From the NCBI GenBank assembly GCA_964016885.1, contig OZ024765.1, positions 23,250,001 to 23,314,000 of the forward strand: DNA of 64,000 nt. Reading direction: 5' to 3'. A program made the position numbers and the translations under genes. This DNA is from Eledone cirrhosa (taxonomy: Eukaryota). A model generated the notes under the pieces. It made no database searches. It was not told the origin of the DNA and was given only the letters and a program-made list of their open reading frames with translations. Position 1 is the stretch's first letter; each line of letters opens with the position of its first letter. Positions 39,843 through 52,040 of the stretch are shown one piece after another.

Positions 39843-40530
39843 GGCGGCATGTATATGTGAAGGTATGTGGCCGGTGCTCTGGTGCAATAAATAGCAGCAA
39901 GTGCCCACAGAACACTAGCTCATTCCATTGCACAGATGGTTCTATAGAAATAGTGGACACCTTCCGTTACTTGGGTGACAAATTCAGCAGTGGGGGAGGG
40001 TGCTCTGAAAGTACAGTAGCTAGAGTCAGAACGGGATGGAAAAAGTTCAGAGAGCTTATACCACTATTGGCCGCTAAAGGGTTCTCTCTAAAAATGAAAG
40101 GCAGGCTGTATGATGCCTGCATACGAACAGCAATGCTGCATGACAGTGAAACCTGGGCATTGTGTGCAGAGGATATACGCAGACTGGAGAGGAACGAAGC
40201 TTGCATGCTCCGCTGGATGTGTAATAGTAATATACGTGAACGGCAAAGCATAAACGAACTAAGGGAGAAATTAGGAATAAGAGGGATCAGATGCTGTTTA
40301 CTCGAGAGAAGACTACGTTGGTACGGTCACGTGATGCGCATGAAGGACGATAGCTGTATAAAAAAGTGCAGGGCGATAAAAATAGACGGTAGCCACGGAG
40401 TAGGCAGACCCAGAAAAACCTGGGACGACTTGATAAATTCCGACCTCACACACACCTCTCCAAGACAATGTCACTGGACCAAGATCTTTGGCGGTACTCA
40501 GTAATAGAGAAGACCCGCCTTACCTAAGTA
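39843..40530 (+). mobile_element. 5'-truncated RTE LINE of a second family
   Basis: FRYLG, SETW, RRLRWYGHV, GRPRKTW. Confidence 0.88.
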
Positions 40531-40624
40531 CAAAGTAAAACCTACAGTCAGTAGGCACCTCTAACAAAAATACACCCCTTCCAATGTAAAGTTATGTTGG
40601 TACCACAACATCCAGGTGGAAACA

Positions 40625-40878
40625 AATGAGGTTGTGTAGGTGTCACGACAAAAAAACACAGTCCACACTGTAATGTAGCCATGTAGGTAGCACGGTAAAA
40701 ACCTCCCAGTCCACACTGTAAACGTGGTTGGTGTTAGGAAGGGCATCCAGCCGTAGAAAACCCGCCGGACAGTCCTATGCGAGCAAGACAACCACTCTTG
40801 TCTCAAGTGGGAAAACTCCCATCCAAACCCATGCTAGCGTGGAAGATGGACGTTAAACGATGATGATGATGATGATGA
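40625..40878 (+). mobile_element. RTE-derived SINE/non-autonomous segment with (GAT)n tail
   Basis: Two diverged copies of the 48-bp unit, GTTAGGAAGGGCATCCAGC, GGACGTTAAACGATGATG. Confidence 0.7.
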
Positions 40879-40976
40879 TACATATATGTTTATATATATA
40901 TACATATATGTTTATATATATATATATATATATACATATATGTTTATATATATATATGTTTATATATATATGTTTA

Positions 40977-41765
40977 TAGGAACGAGTAAGACCCCGACGG
41001 CTGAGCTCAAGCCGTTTCGACGGCTAATTCTGGACTAAATGAACATTTTTATCCTGGTATATGAATAGCCGAGCTTCTCAGGGGGTAATGCCATATATGG
41101 TAAAAGTGATTGTTACAAGGATTGGTCAAAAGTTTGTTGTTGAGACACATAATTCTATCATGGCAATTTGTGGAAGGAAGGGGTAGCTGAACCTGCCAGT
41201 AGAAGGGAGAGGGAGTGGAGGAAACCCAGTCGTGCGTTGATAGTGCCAACTACAGCAGGGCAGGAGGTCAAGCAAGTATACTAGGGAGGGGGAGGAAGTC
41301 GAAACAATAAGTAAATCAATATGGAGTAAATATATAGAAGAATACCAAGAATGTTAAAAATATAAAAAAACAATTTCTGGTTACTATTCCCTAACCACAG
41401 TCATCAAGTCTCTCACTGGTACTGCTAAACTATAGAAAAGTTTACTAGGTGGGACGGAATTGTAGTGAGACCCTTTTAAGAGTTAGTAGTAATCAACCGA
41501 GTATATCTTACGGTGACAGGTCAACAAGTGGGGGGCCAAAATACTAAAGAAACTACCACAAAATAATAATTCAGAGTCCCGAAACTAATACAAAATAATT
41601 GTTTCTACCCTAGGAACAAGGCCAGCAACCACCCAGTGCAAAAAATAAACTAATACTAAATAATAATTCAGAATCCCGAAAATGAATACTATCTCTAAGG
41701 GTGCCGCTACGATACAAAAATTCTAGTGCAAACTACATAAATGCTCATACGAAGTATATGAAAAA
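40977..41765 (-). mobile_element. Penelope-like 3' UTR/pLTR fragment (diverged relative of 42973-50540)
   Basis: Reverse complement aligns by eye to 46035-46950; ends in TA repeat. Confidence 0.8.
40991..41086 (-). ncRNA. Hammerhead ribozyme variant in pLTR (core CUGAGAA)
   Basis: Reverse complement ACCCC-CTGAGAA-long stem II-GAAACGGCT..AGCCGTC-GGGGT. Confidence 0.7.
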
Positions 41766-41859
41766 TTTGATATACTTCGTACAAGCATTTATGTAGTTTG
41801 CACTAGAATTTTTGTATCGTAGCGGCACCCTTAGAGATAGTATTAGTATTCATACGAGA

Positions 41860-42680
41860 ACAAATTCAGGATGCAGTTGCAGGAAGCCGGATGAATGCCC
41901 ATTGCAGGGCAAATGTAACACCAAATCTGTTGTTTATGAGGCTAAAATAACACCGTTAATCAACAACCAGCCAGAAGTGAGCGATATGTCAGCATGACCC
42001 AGGACAGGTTTAAAACCAGGTTTTACTCACATGTCACTTCTTTTAAGCACTCCGAAAAACGAACAACAACGGCCCTCACAAGTAAGGTGTGGGATTTCAA
42101 GGATAATAACATCCCGTACTCTATTGGTCTATTTTAGACCATTCGAGGGAGTACCAAAGGGGCACAAAGAATTGTTCTTCGTGTACCACAGAAAAATATA
42201 GGATTTTGCTAAACTTGAAAGCCACTTCTGCTTGCCTGAGATCTTTAGATCTTGTCCTCATCTGAAATCACATCTGATCTGTAACTGGATTGACATTCCT
42301 ATGATAACTCAACCGTCTTGAACTCCTTTCCTGCTCTTTACTTCTACTACGGTTTTTTTACCTGCTGAATCCACGTTCTGTACTCTTGTATTCTCTTTCT
42401 CCTTTATCTCCCCTTATATTTAACCTTTTCCTATGTCATTCCCCCCCCCCCCTATGTTTTCCCTTACCCTTCACATACCATAATGTATGTGTATATATAT
42501 ATGTGTGTGTATATGTATATATATGGATAGACCATGATTTTTTCATTCTGATTGAAGGAAAAATTTTTTGCTTTTAAGAAACCATTGGTAAATGGAATAA
42601 TTGCCTTATGTTGTTTATTACATAACTATATGTATATATATATAGCCTCAGAAAAGGCTTGAGCTCTGCCGTAGGGTCAG
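41860..42680 (+). mobile_element. Degraded Penelope-like GIY-YIG fragment plus 3' region
   Basis: CSCRKPDECPLQGKCNTKSVVYE, FKTRFYSH, KVWD; partial hammerhead 3' half at 42647-42677. Confidence 0.72.
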
Positions 42681-42704
42681 GCTTCTTCCTATGTGTGTGT
42701 GTCA

Positions 42705-42738
<34 letters not shown>

Positions 42739-43119
42739 CGTTTTTGTATGTGTGTTTGTATTTCTGTGGTTGGGGGGTTTTTTTGTGTGCGTGTGTGTAT
42801 GTATATATTTTTGTGTGTGTGTGTATATGTATAATTGTATTAGGGTGTATGTATGTGCATCATTATGTATAGGGATTTGATGAATATTTTCATTGATCTT
42901 TTGCTCCATGAACTTGTTGAGTGCTCTAGGTCTGCTATGGGCATTTATACCCTTTTCTAAATATATATATATAATGAATGGGTCTACTCCACCCCCTCAC
43001 CCTTTTTCTCCTACCGGCAGGTTTAGCTACTCCTTCCCCCACCAACTTGCCATCACAGATTTACTACTAACTTGTGATGTGACCAATCCTGGTGATTATC
43101 TCTGACCATATATGGAATT

Positions 43120-43213
43120 ACCCCTTGATAAGTTTGGCTATTTAAATACCAGAATAAATTTTCATTCAGTACAGAATTAGCCGTCGAAACGGCTTGAGCT
43201 CAGCCGTCGGGGT
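43120..43213 (+). ncRNA. Type I hammerhead ribozyme, U3-A8 variant, pLTR1
   Basis: ACCCC-TTGATAA-G..TGGCTA/TAGCCGTC-GAAA-CGGCT/AGCC-GTC-GGGGT. Confidence 0.75.
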
Positions 43214-43398
43214 CTTACTTATTCCTATTACCCACTCTACTACCCTAAGTATTGAGTACTTTGGTGCGTTATGGTCCACCTGGTTCCTTACCACATTTCC
43301 TTCGTTATCTAGCTCCTATCCCCGTAGTAGAGCACTTTCCGACCCTACCACACCGTATCCAGACTTTTCCACTAAGCTCAATTTCTTTCAACCGCACC

Positions 43399-45578
43399 AT
43401 GCGAAAACACAATATCGACTTCTCTACCAAGAACATCCCAATCCCACCGAAAAAACTTTACCTTCGGATGCTCACGCAAAAAATCGATCTATTTGCGAAA
43501 AGACTTAGATGGAGAACTTTTTTCTACGACAGATTCTGCGACAATCAGGACTTCGGTACCAAGGAGAGATTCGGATTTATTACCTACAAATATCCCCCCC
43601 TCCCCCGAACCCTTTGCTCTCACCCTTCGAGAATGACCTCTTCCAACTGGTCAAGAACCTTAAATTCAAACCCAGACACAACCGATTCCTACAAAAACTC
43701 CGTAGCAATTTAACAGAGTATGATAACACCAATGACATCATGGTGCATTCGGATAAAACTGGGAACCTATATTTTGTCAACCCCGACAGATACCACACAC
43801 TGATCAGGAGCAGCCTAAACTCCACCTATAAAAAGGCTAACCACTCATGCATCGGGGACATTAATCGAGATGGACAACAAATTACCTCCAGCCTCGGGGT
43901 CGCCGACCGCACCGAACCCCTAGACCCACGGACACCCTACTTCACACTGAAGGACCACAAATCCGATTTCGACCGTAAACCATCTATCAGGCTTATAAAC
44001 CCAACGAAGTCCGACATAGGGTGAATCAGCAAAAAAATCCTAGACCGCGTGATACCAAAAGTCAAGCAACACGCCCGACTTAGCCTATGGATCAACACCC
44101 AGGAAGTTATCTCATGGTTCAGCAATTTGGAGGATAAACGAGACACTAAATTTATCCAGTTCGACATAGAGAGCTACTATGCTTCAATCACATTACCGCT
44201 ACTTACTGCCGCCTTGGACTTCGCCGAAGCATTTGTGCCCATCACCGACCAGGAAAGAAAAATCATCCTCCACGCCAGGAAGACAGTCTTACTCTTTGAC
44301 AACTCCAAATGGATAAAAAGAGCTCCTGATTCACCCTGCGACGTCAGCATGGGCGCTACGGATTCGGCGGAGGTCACAGATCTTATAGGATTATTCCTTA
44401 TAGCCAAACTCACCGATATGTTTCCTGCTTTCGGTGGTGGATTGTACCGTGATGATGGGCTCCTTACCCTTAAAGGGTACAACCCCAGTAGTACAGACCA
44501 GGTCCGTAAACAATTAATCAGCTTCTTCCGCGACTGGGGATTTAAAATAACCCTACAAACGTCCCTGACCCGAGTTAATTTCCTGGACGTGACCCTCGAT
44601 CTCAATAATGACCTGTACTACCCATACAGGAAACCCAATGACAACCTGCACTACATCCACCGCCGATCTAACCATCCTAGGAACATCACCAACAACCTGG
44701 TCAAAAACATCTCCCTCCGTATATCCCGTTTGTCAGCTAATGAGAAGATATTCGATGAACATGCGCCTTACTACAACCAGGCCCTCAAGCGGAGTGGTTT
44801 CCGGGAGGAAATATCCTACTGTCCAGCTCCCATTAGCGGAACCAGCAGGCGACACCGCCGCTCACGCAATGTAACATGGTTCAATCCTCCCCACAACGCC
44901 GAGGTGACAACTCCCATCGGGAAAATTTTCTTTAGGCTCATTGAAAAACACTTCCCACCACAACACCGCTACCACAACATAATTAACAAAAATACCATCA
45001 AACTCTCTTACAGCACTACACCTAACTTCGCACAAAACATCGTCTCCTCCAACAACAAAAAACTCAACCCCGATGGAAGAAACAACCTAAATAGCAGTGG
45101 AGAGCCGACCAGGAGGTGCAACTGTCCTGATAGATCCAGTTTCCCCCTCGACAACAGATGCAGAGACCGTAATGTGATCTACCAGTGCAACGTGAGCACG
45201 GACACCTCCAACAAAGCTTATATAGGATTAACCGCATGCGACTTCAAGACCCAGCTATACCAACAGAGACATACCTTCCGAAACCCGGCCCGGCGTCACG
45301 CCACTACACTTTCGGGCCACATATGGGACCTCAAGGACAACAACATCAACTATGATCTCACTTGGAAATTACTGTCCAGAGCCAACTCTTACACGGGAGG
45401 ACGCCGTCCGTGCAATTTATGCTCGGAGGAAACATTACAAATGCTGTGTTCGACGGACCAACTCCTAAACAAGAAAGGTGAACTGGTTACTGCATGTAAA
45501 CACCGATTACGTAGGACTTACCTCGCCCTCAAACCCCATAATGACCCCGGGGGGGGGGGGGGTAAACTAGGGCTATAA
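43399..45578 (+). pseudogene. Penelope RT + GIY-YIG ORF copy 1 (frameshift in C-run ~43600, in-frame TGA 44022)
   Basis: DKT, QFDIESYY, SMG, YRDDGL, FLDV, WFNPP, CNC..C, NVIY..YIG, CNLC, CKH. Confidence 0.9.
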
Positions 45579-46339
45579 CACCCCACTTGCCTATTTTGTA
45601 ATGGGTAACCCCTGCTTGCCAATGGAGACGTAAGATCTTCTTTTACATTCTTTTATCGCTTCCTCTATATTTCCTCCTCCCCCCATCCCTCCCTAGTCCT
45701 TCTACCCCAGTTCCTTTTTTTTGTCGTTTTCTTTGTCGTCGTCTTTTTCTTGCCCACCCGAGGTAGCCCATCGGTCCCTTGTAGCTCCAGCACCCCCACC
45801 CCCTCCCCTATTCTATGATAGATTTGGCTGACTCCGCTTTTTATAGCAGAGGTGTTAGACTTCGGATACTCGCCCCCTTCTCCGACCGCTGTCCCTTTTT
45901 TCCGTGCCTTCTATATTTCTTAGTGGCATCTTTGCTTTAATTTCTCGTTTATCCAGTATTTCTTTCTCCTTTTTCCCCTTTTTTGGGGGGGAGGGGGGAT
46001 GTTCCTGTATTAATTTTCCGTTCTTTATTTTTACTTCGTACGATCTTTCATGTAGCTTGTATAAGACTTTCTGTTTCGTGGCGGAACCCTTAGAGTTAGC
46101 ACTAGTATTTTTTTGCGGGACCCTGAATTATATTCTCGTACTAGTTTACTTTCTTGCACCGGGTGGTTGCTGGCCCTGTGATTGGGGTAGAAACCTTTAT
46201 TATTTCGTGGTAGTCTCTTTAGTACTCTGCCCCCACCTTTGTTGACCCGTCACCGTACGATACACGCACTTATGCCTCGTATAAGGGTCCCTTTATTTCC
46301 ATCCCACCTAGTTTATTTCTATTATTATTATTTATTTTT

Positions 46340-46403
46340 ATATAAATAAAGTACCAGTAATGTACTGGGTAATTGCTGGCCTTGTGCCTAAAGTAGAAAC
46401 AAT
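46340..46403 (+). mobile_element. Short SINE-A tail insertion with TSD, present only in Penelope unit 1
   Basis: Absent at the equivalent site ~50010-50030; flanked by duplicated ttattattatttattttt. Confidence 0.8.
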
Positions 46404-46841
46404 TATTATTATTTATTTTTTTATTCTACATTATATATATATATATTTTTTTTTAAAATTTATTTATCTATTCTTTTATTCACTTATTTGTTTATTTATT
46501 TATTTATGTATTTCTTTAGCCTAGCAATAGCGAGAGACTTAAGTTCTAGTAACCAGACTTTGCTTATTTATTTTTTTTCTCTCTCAGTTCCTTTTAGTTT
46601 TACCCTCATTGTTCTACTTACCGTTTCGACCTCCTCCCCCTCCCCAGTATCCTCTTTGACCTCACACCCAGCTGTAGCTGGCACTACCAACGCATGAATA
46701 GGTCTACTCCACCCCCTCTCCCTTTTTCTCCTACCGGCAGATTTAGCTACCCCTTCCCCCACCAACTTGCCATCACAGATTTACTACTAACTTGTGATGT
46801 GACCAATCCTGGTGATTATCTCTTTGACCTTATATGGAATT

Positions 46842-46935
46842 ACCCCTTGATAAGTTTGGCTATTTAAATACCAGAGTAAATTTTCATTCAGTACAGAATT
46901 AGCCGTCGAAACGGCTTGAGCTCAGCCGTCGGGGT
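46842..46935 (+). ncRNA. Type I hammerhead ribozyme, U3-A8 variant, pLTR2
   Basis: Same motif as pLTR1. Confidence 0.75.
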
Positions 46936-47120
46936 CTTACTTGTTCCTATTACCCACTCTACTACCCTAAGTATTGAGTACTTTGGTGCGTTATGGTCCA
47001 CCTGGTTCCTTACCACATTTCCTTCGTTATCTAGCTCCTATCCCCGTAGTAGAGCACTTTCCGACCCTACCACGCCGTATCCAGACTTTTCCGCTAAGCT
47101 CAATTTCTTTCACCCGCACC

Positions 47121-49281
47121 ATGCGAAAACACAATATCAACTTCTCTACCAAGAACATCCCAATCCCACCGAAAAAACTTTACCTTCGGATGCTCACGCA
47201 ACAAATTGATCTATTTGCGAAAAGACTTAGATGGAGAACTTTTTTCTACGACAGATTCTGCGACAATCAGGACTTCGGTATCAAGGAGAGATTCGGATTT
47301 ATTACCTACAAATTTCCCCCCCCCGAACCCTTTGCTCTAAACCTTCGAGAATGACCTCTTCCAACTGGTCAAGAACCTTAAATTCAAACCCAGACACAAC
47401 CGATTCCTACAAAAACTCCGTAGCAACTTAACAGAGTATGATAACACCAATGACATCATGGTGCATTCGGATAAAACTGGGAACCTATATTTTGTCAACC
47501 CCGACAGATACCTCACACTGATCAGGAGCAGCCTAAACTCCACCTATAAAAAGGCTAACCACTCATGCATCGAGGACATTAATCGAGATGGACAACAAAT
47601 TACCTCCAGCCTCGGGGTCGCCGACCGCACCGAACCCCTAGACCCACGAACACCCTACTTCACACTGAAGGACCACAAATCCGATTTCGACCGTAAACCA
47701 TCTATCAGGCTTATAAACCCAACGAAGTCCGACATAGGGTGAATCAGCAAAAAAATCCTAGACCGCGTGATACCAAAAGTCAAGCAACACACCCGACTTA
47801 GCCTATGGATCAACACCCAGGAAGTTATCTCATGGTTCAGCAATTTGGAGGATAAACGAGACACTAAATTTATCCAGTTCGACATAGAGAGCTACTATGC
47901 TTCAATCACATTACCGCTACTTACTGCCGCCTTGGACTTCGCCGAAGCATTTGTGCCCATCACCGACCAGGAAAGAAAAATCATCCTCCACGCCAGGAAG
48001 ACAGTCTTACTCTTTGACAACTCCAAATGGATAAAAAGAGCTCCTGATTCACCCTGCGACGTCAGCATGGGCGCTACGGATTCGGCGGAGGTCACAGATC
48101 TTATAGGATTATTCCTTATAGCCAAACTCACCGATATGTTTCCTGCTTTCGGTGGTGGATTGTACCGTGATGATGGGCTCCTTACCCTTAAAGGGTACAA
48201 CCCCAGTAGTACAGATCGGGTCCGTAAACAATTAATCAGCTTCTTCCGCGACTGGGGATTTAAAATACAAACGTCCCTGACCCGAGTTAATTTCCTGGAC
48301 GTTACCCTCGATCTCAATAATGACCTGTACTACCCATACAGGAAACCCAATGACAACCTGCACTACATCCACCGCCGATCTAACCATCCTAGGAACATCA
48401 CCAACAACCTGGTCAAAAACATCTCCCTCCGTATATCCCGTTTGTCAGCTAATGAGAAGATATTCGATGAACATGCGCCTTACTACAACCAGGCCCTCAA
48501 GCGGAGTGGTTTCCGGGAGGAAATATCCTACTGTCCAGCTCCCATTAGCGGAACCAGCAGGCGACACCGCCGCTCACGCAATGTAACATGGTTCAATCCT
48601 CCCCACAACGCCGAGGTGACAACTCCCATCGGGAAAATTTTCTTTAGGCTCATTGAAAAACACTTCCCACCACACCGCTACCACAACATAATTAACAAAA
48701 ATACCATCAAACTCTCTTACAGCACTACACCTAACTTCGCACAAAACATCGTCTCCTCCAACAACAAAAAACTCAACCCCGATGGAAGAAACAACCTAAA
48801 TAGCAGTGGAGAGCCGACCAGGAGGTGTAACTGTCCTGATAGATCCAGTTGCCCCCTCGACAACAGATGCAGAGACCGTAATGTGATCTACCAGTGCAAC
48901 GTGAGCACGGACACCTCCAACAAAGCTTATATAGGATTAACCGCATGCGACTTCAAGACCCGGCTATACCAACAGAGACATACCTTCCGAAACCCGGCCC
49001 GGCGTCACGCCACTACACTTTCGGGCCACATATGGGACCTCAAGGACAACAACATCAACTATGATCTCACTTGGAAATTACTGTCCAGAGCCAACTCTTA
49101 CACGGGAGGACGCCGTCCGTGCAATTTATGCTCGGAGGAAACATTACAAATGCTGTGTTCGACGGACCAACTCCTAAACAAGAAAGATGAACTGGTTACT
49201 GCATGTAAACACCGATTACGTAGGACTTACCTCGCCCTCAAACCCCAGAATGACCCCGGGGGGGAGGGGGGGGGGGGGTAA
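47121..49281 (+). pseudogene. Penelope RT + GIY-YIG ORF copy 2 (indels ~47315-47345, in-frame TGA 47740)
   Basis: Near-identical to copy 1. Confidence 0.9.
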
Positions 49282-50432
49282 ACACCCCACTTGCCTATTT
49301 TGTATTGGGTAACCCCTGCTTGCCAATGGAGACGTAAGATCTTCTTTTACATTCTTTTATCGCTTCCTCTATATTTCCTCCTCCCCCCATCCCTCCCTAG
49401 TCCTTCTACCCCAGTTCCTTTTTTTTGTCGTTTTCTTTGTCGTCGTCTTTTTCTTGCCCACCCGAGGTAGCCCATCGGTCCCTTGTAGCTCCAGCACCCC
49501 CACCCCCTCCCCTATTCTATGATAGATTTGGCTGACTCCGCTTTTTATAGCAGAGGTGTTAGACTTCGGATACTCGCCCCCTTCTCCGACCGCTGTCCCT
49601 TTTTTCCGTGCCTTCTATATTTCTTAGTGGCATCTTTGCTTTAATTTCTCGTTTATCCAGTATTTCTTTCTCCTTTTTCCCCTTTTTTGGGGGGGAGGGG
49701 GGGTGTTCCTGTATTAATTTTCCGTTCTTTATTTTTACTTCGTACGATCTTTCATGTAGCTTGTTTCGTGGCGGTAACCTTAGAGTTAGCACTAGTATTT
49801 TTTTGCGGGACCCTGAATTATATTCTCGTACTAGTTTACTTTCTTGCACCGGGTGGTTGCTGGCCCTGTGATTGGGGTAGAAACCTTTATTATTTCGTGG
49901 TAGTCTCTTTAGTACTCTGACCCCCCTTTGTTGACCCGTCACCGTACGATACACGCACTTATGCCTCGTATAAGGGTCCCTTTATTTCCGTCCCACCTAG
50001 TTTATTTCTATTATTATTATTTATTTTTTTATTCTACATTATATATATATATATATTTTTTTTAAAAATTTATTTATCTATTCTTTTATTCACTTATTTG
50101 TTTATTTATTTATTTATGTATTTCTTTAGCCTAGCAATAGCGAGAGACTTAAGTCCTAGTAACCAGACTTTGCTTATTTATTTTTTTTCTCTCTCAGTAC
50201 CTTTTAGTTTTACCCTCATTGTTCTACTTACCGTTTCGACCTCCTCCCCCTCCCCTTCACACCCAGCTGTAGCTGGCACTACCAATGCATGAATGGGTCT
50301 ACTCCACCCCCTCTCCCTTTTTCTCCTGCAGGTTTAGCTACACCTTCCCCCACCAACTTGCCATCACAGATTTACTACTAACTTGTGATGTGACCAATCC
50401 TGGTGATTATCTCTTTGACCATATATGGAATT

Positions 50433-50526
50433 ACCCCTTGATAAGTTCGGCTATTTAAATACCAGAATAAATTTTCATTCAGTACAGAATTAGCCGTCGA
50501 AACGGCTTGAGCTCAGCCGTCGGGGT
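50433..50526 (+). ncRNA. Type I hammerhead ribozyme, U3-A8 variant, pLTR3
   Basis: Same motif; stem II U-G pair is C-G here. Confidence 0.75.
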
Positions 50527-50536
50527 CTTACTTGTT

Positions 50537-50577
<41 letters not shown>

Positions 50578-50790
50578 ATATTTTAGTTAAATAAGGTTCA
50601 TATGAATTATCTAAGAATGAGTTTTACACACATATATATATGCACCGAAACGAAATTTTGTTTCAATTTTTCCGTTTATCGTTTTCGGTGCACCCGGCCG
50701 ATTAACCCACTCGATATGCAAATTGGGCTACTCAGCCGTTAATATGCATAAGGTAAGTATATACATTCAACAATCTGGTAGGAAGGTATA

Positions 50791-50831
50791 CGTTGCTGAT
50801 GATAGCTAATAAGCTTGAAACTAGTACAGCG
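50791..50831 (+). ncRNA. Minimal type I hammerhead ribozyme, canonical core
   Basis: CGTTG-CTGATGA-tAGCTaataAGCTt-GAAA-CTA-GTA-CAGCG. Confidence 0.88.
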
Positions 50832-51212
50832 TTCCTTTGTCAGTGTTGAACAAACGAGCAACGATGGTTGCTAGACACTACGGCTTAATACGGGATGTTT
50901 GTTTACAAACACACCGAGCATTATAATAAATGTTCGCTGAATCCATACGTACATATATATATGTGTGTGCATGTATGTATATATATATACATACTACTGT
51001 ACGTCTGTATACATATATGTATGTACGTGTACATAATTATATTTAAGTAACAGCCGTTCTAAGAGTGGGAAATGAAATTTAGTTTCATTTTTTCCATTTA
51101 TCGTTTTCGGTGCACCCGGCCGATTAACCCACTCAATATGCAAATTGGGCTACTCAGCCGTTAATATGCATAAGGTAAGTATATACGTTCAACAATCTGG
51201 CAGGAAGGTATA

Positions 51213-51253
51213 CGTTGCTGACCATATCTAATAAGCTTGAAACTAGTACAGCG
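51213..51253 (+). ncRNA. Minimal hammerhead, mutated core (CTGACCA)
   Basis: Same scaffold with G8>C and a stem II mismatch. Confidence 0.7.
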
Positions 51254-51521
51254 TTCCTTTGTCAGTGTTGAACAAACGAGCAACGGTGGTTGCTAGACAC
51301 TACGGCTTAATACGGGATGTTTGTTTACAAACACACCGAGCATTATAATAAATGTTCGGTGAATCCATACGTACATATATATGTGTGCGTGTATGTATAT
51401 ATATATATACATACTACTGTACGTCTGTATACAAATATGTATGTACGTGTACATACTTATATTTAAGTAACAGCCGTACTAAGAGTGGGAAATGAAATTT
51501 AGTTTCATTTTTTTCCATTTA

Positions 51522-51990
51522 TATATATATATATAGATATATGTTAATATATATATATACATATATGTTTATATATATACATATATGTTTATATATATAT
51601 ATATACATATGTTTATATATATATATATATACATATGTTTATATATATATATATATACATATGTTTATATATATATATGTTTATATATATATATATGTTT
51701 ATATATATATATGTTTATATATATATATATATATATATGTTTATATATATATATGTTTATATATATATATATATATATATGTTTATATATATATATATAT
51801 ATGTTTATATATATATATATGTTTATATATATATATATATGTTTATATATATATATATATATGTTTATATATATATATATATATATGTTTATATATATAT
51901 ATATATGTTTATATATATATATATGTTTATATATATATGTTTATATATATATATATGTTTATATATATATATATGTTTATATATATATAA
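51522..51990. repeat. (TA)n/TATGTT microsatellite
   Basis: Direct inspection. Confidence 0.96.
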
Positions 51991-52040
51991 ATAGATAGAT
52001 AAATATACATGGGTGTGTATGATTGTGTATAGAAGATTAT

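Larger units (their letters stand above)
42973..50540 (+). mobile_element. Penelope-like element (Naiad-like), tandem pLTR-ORF-pLTR-ORF-pLTR, inserted in (TA)n
   Basis: Two near-identical ~3.6-3.7 kb units, three pLTRs, TA repeats at both ends. Confidence 0.92.
50645..51521 (+). mobile_element. Retrozyme-like tandem dimer, 422-bp period
   Basis: Two direct units each with a hammerhead; ends in (TA)n; homologous to 25012-26048. Confidence 0.82.
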
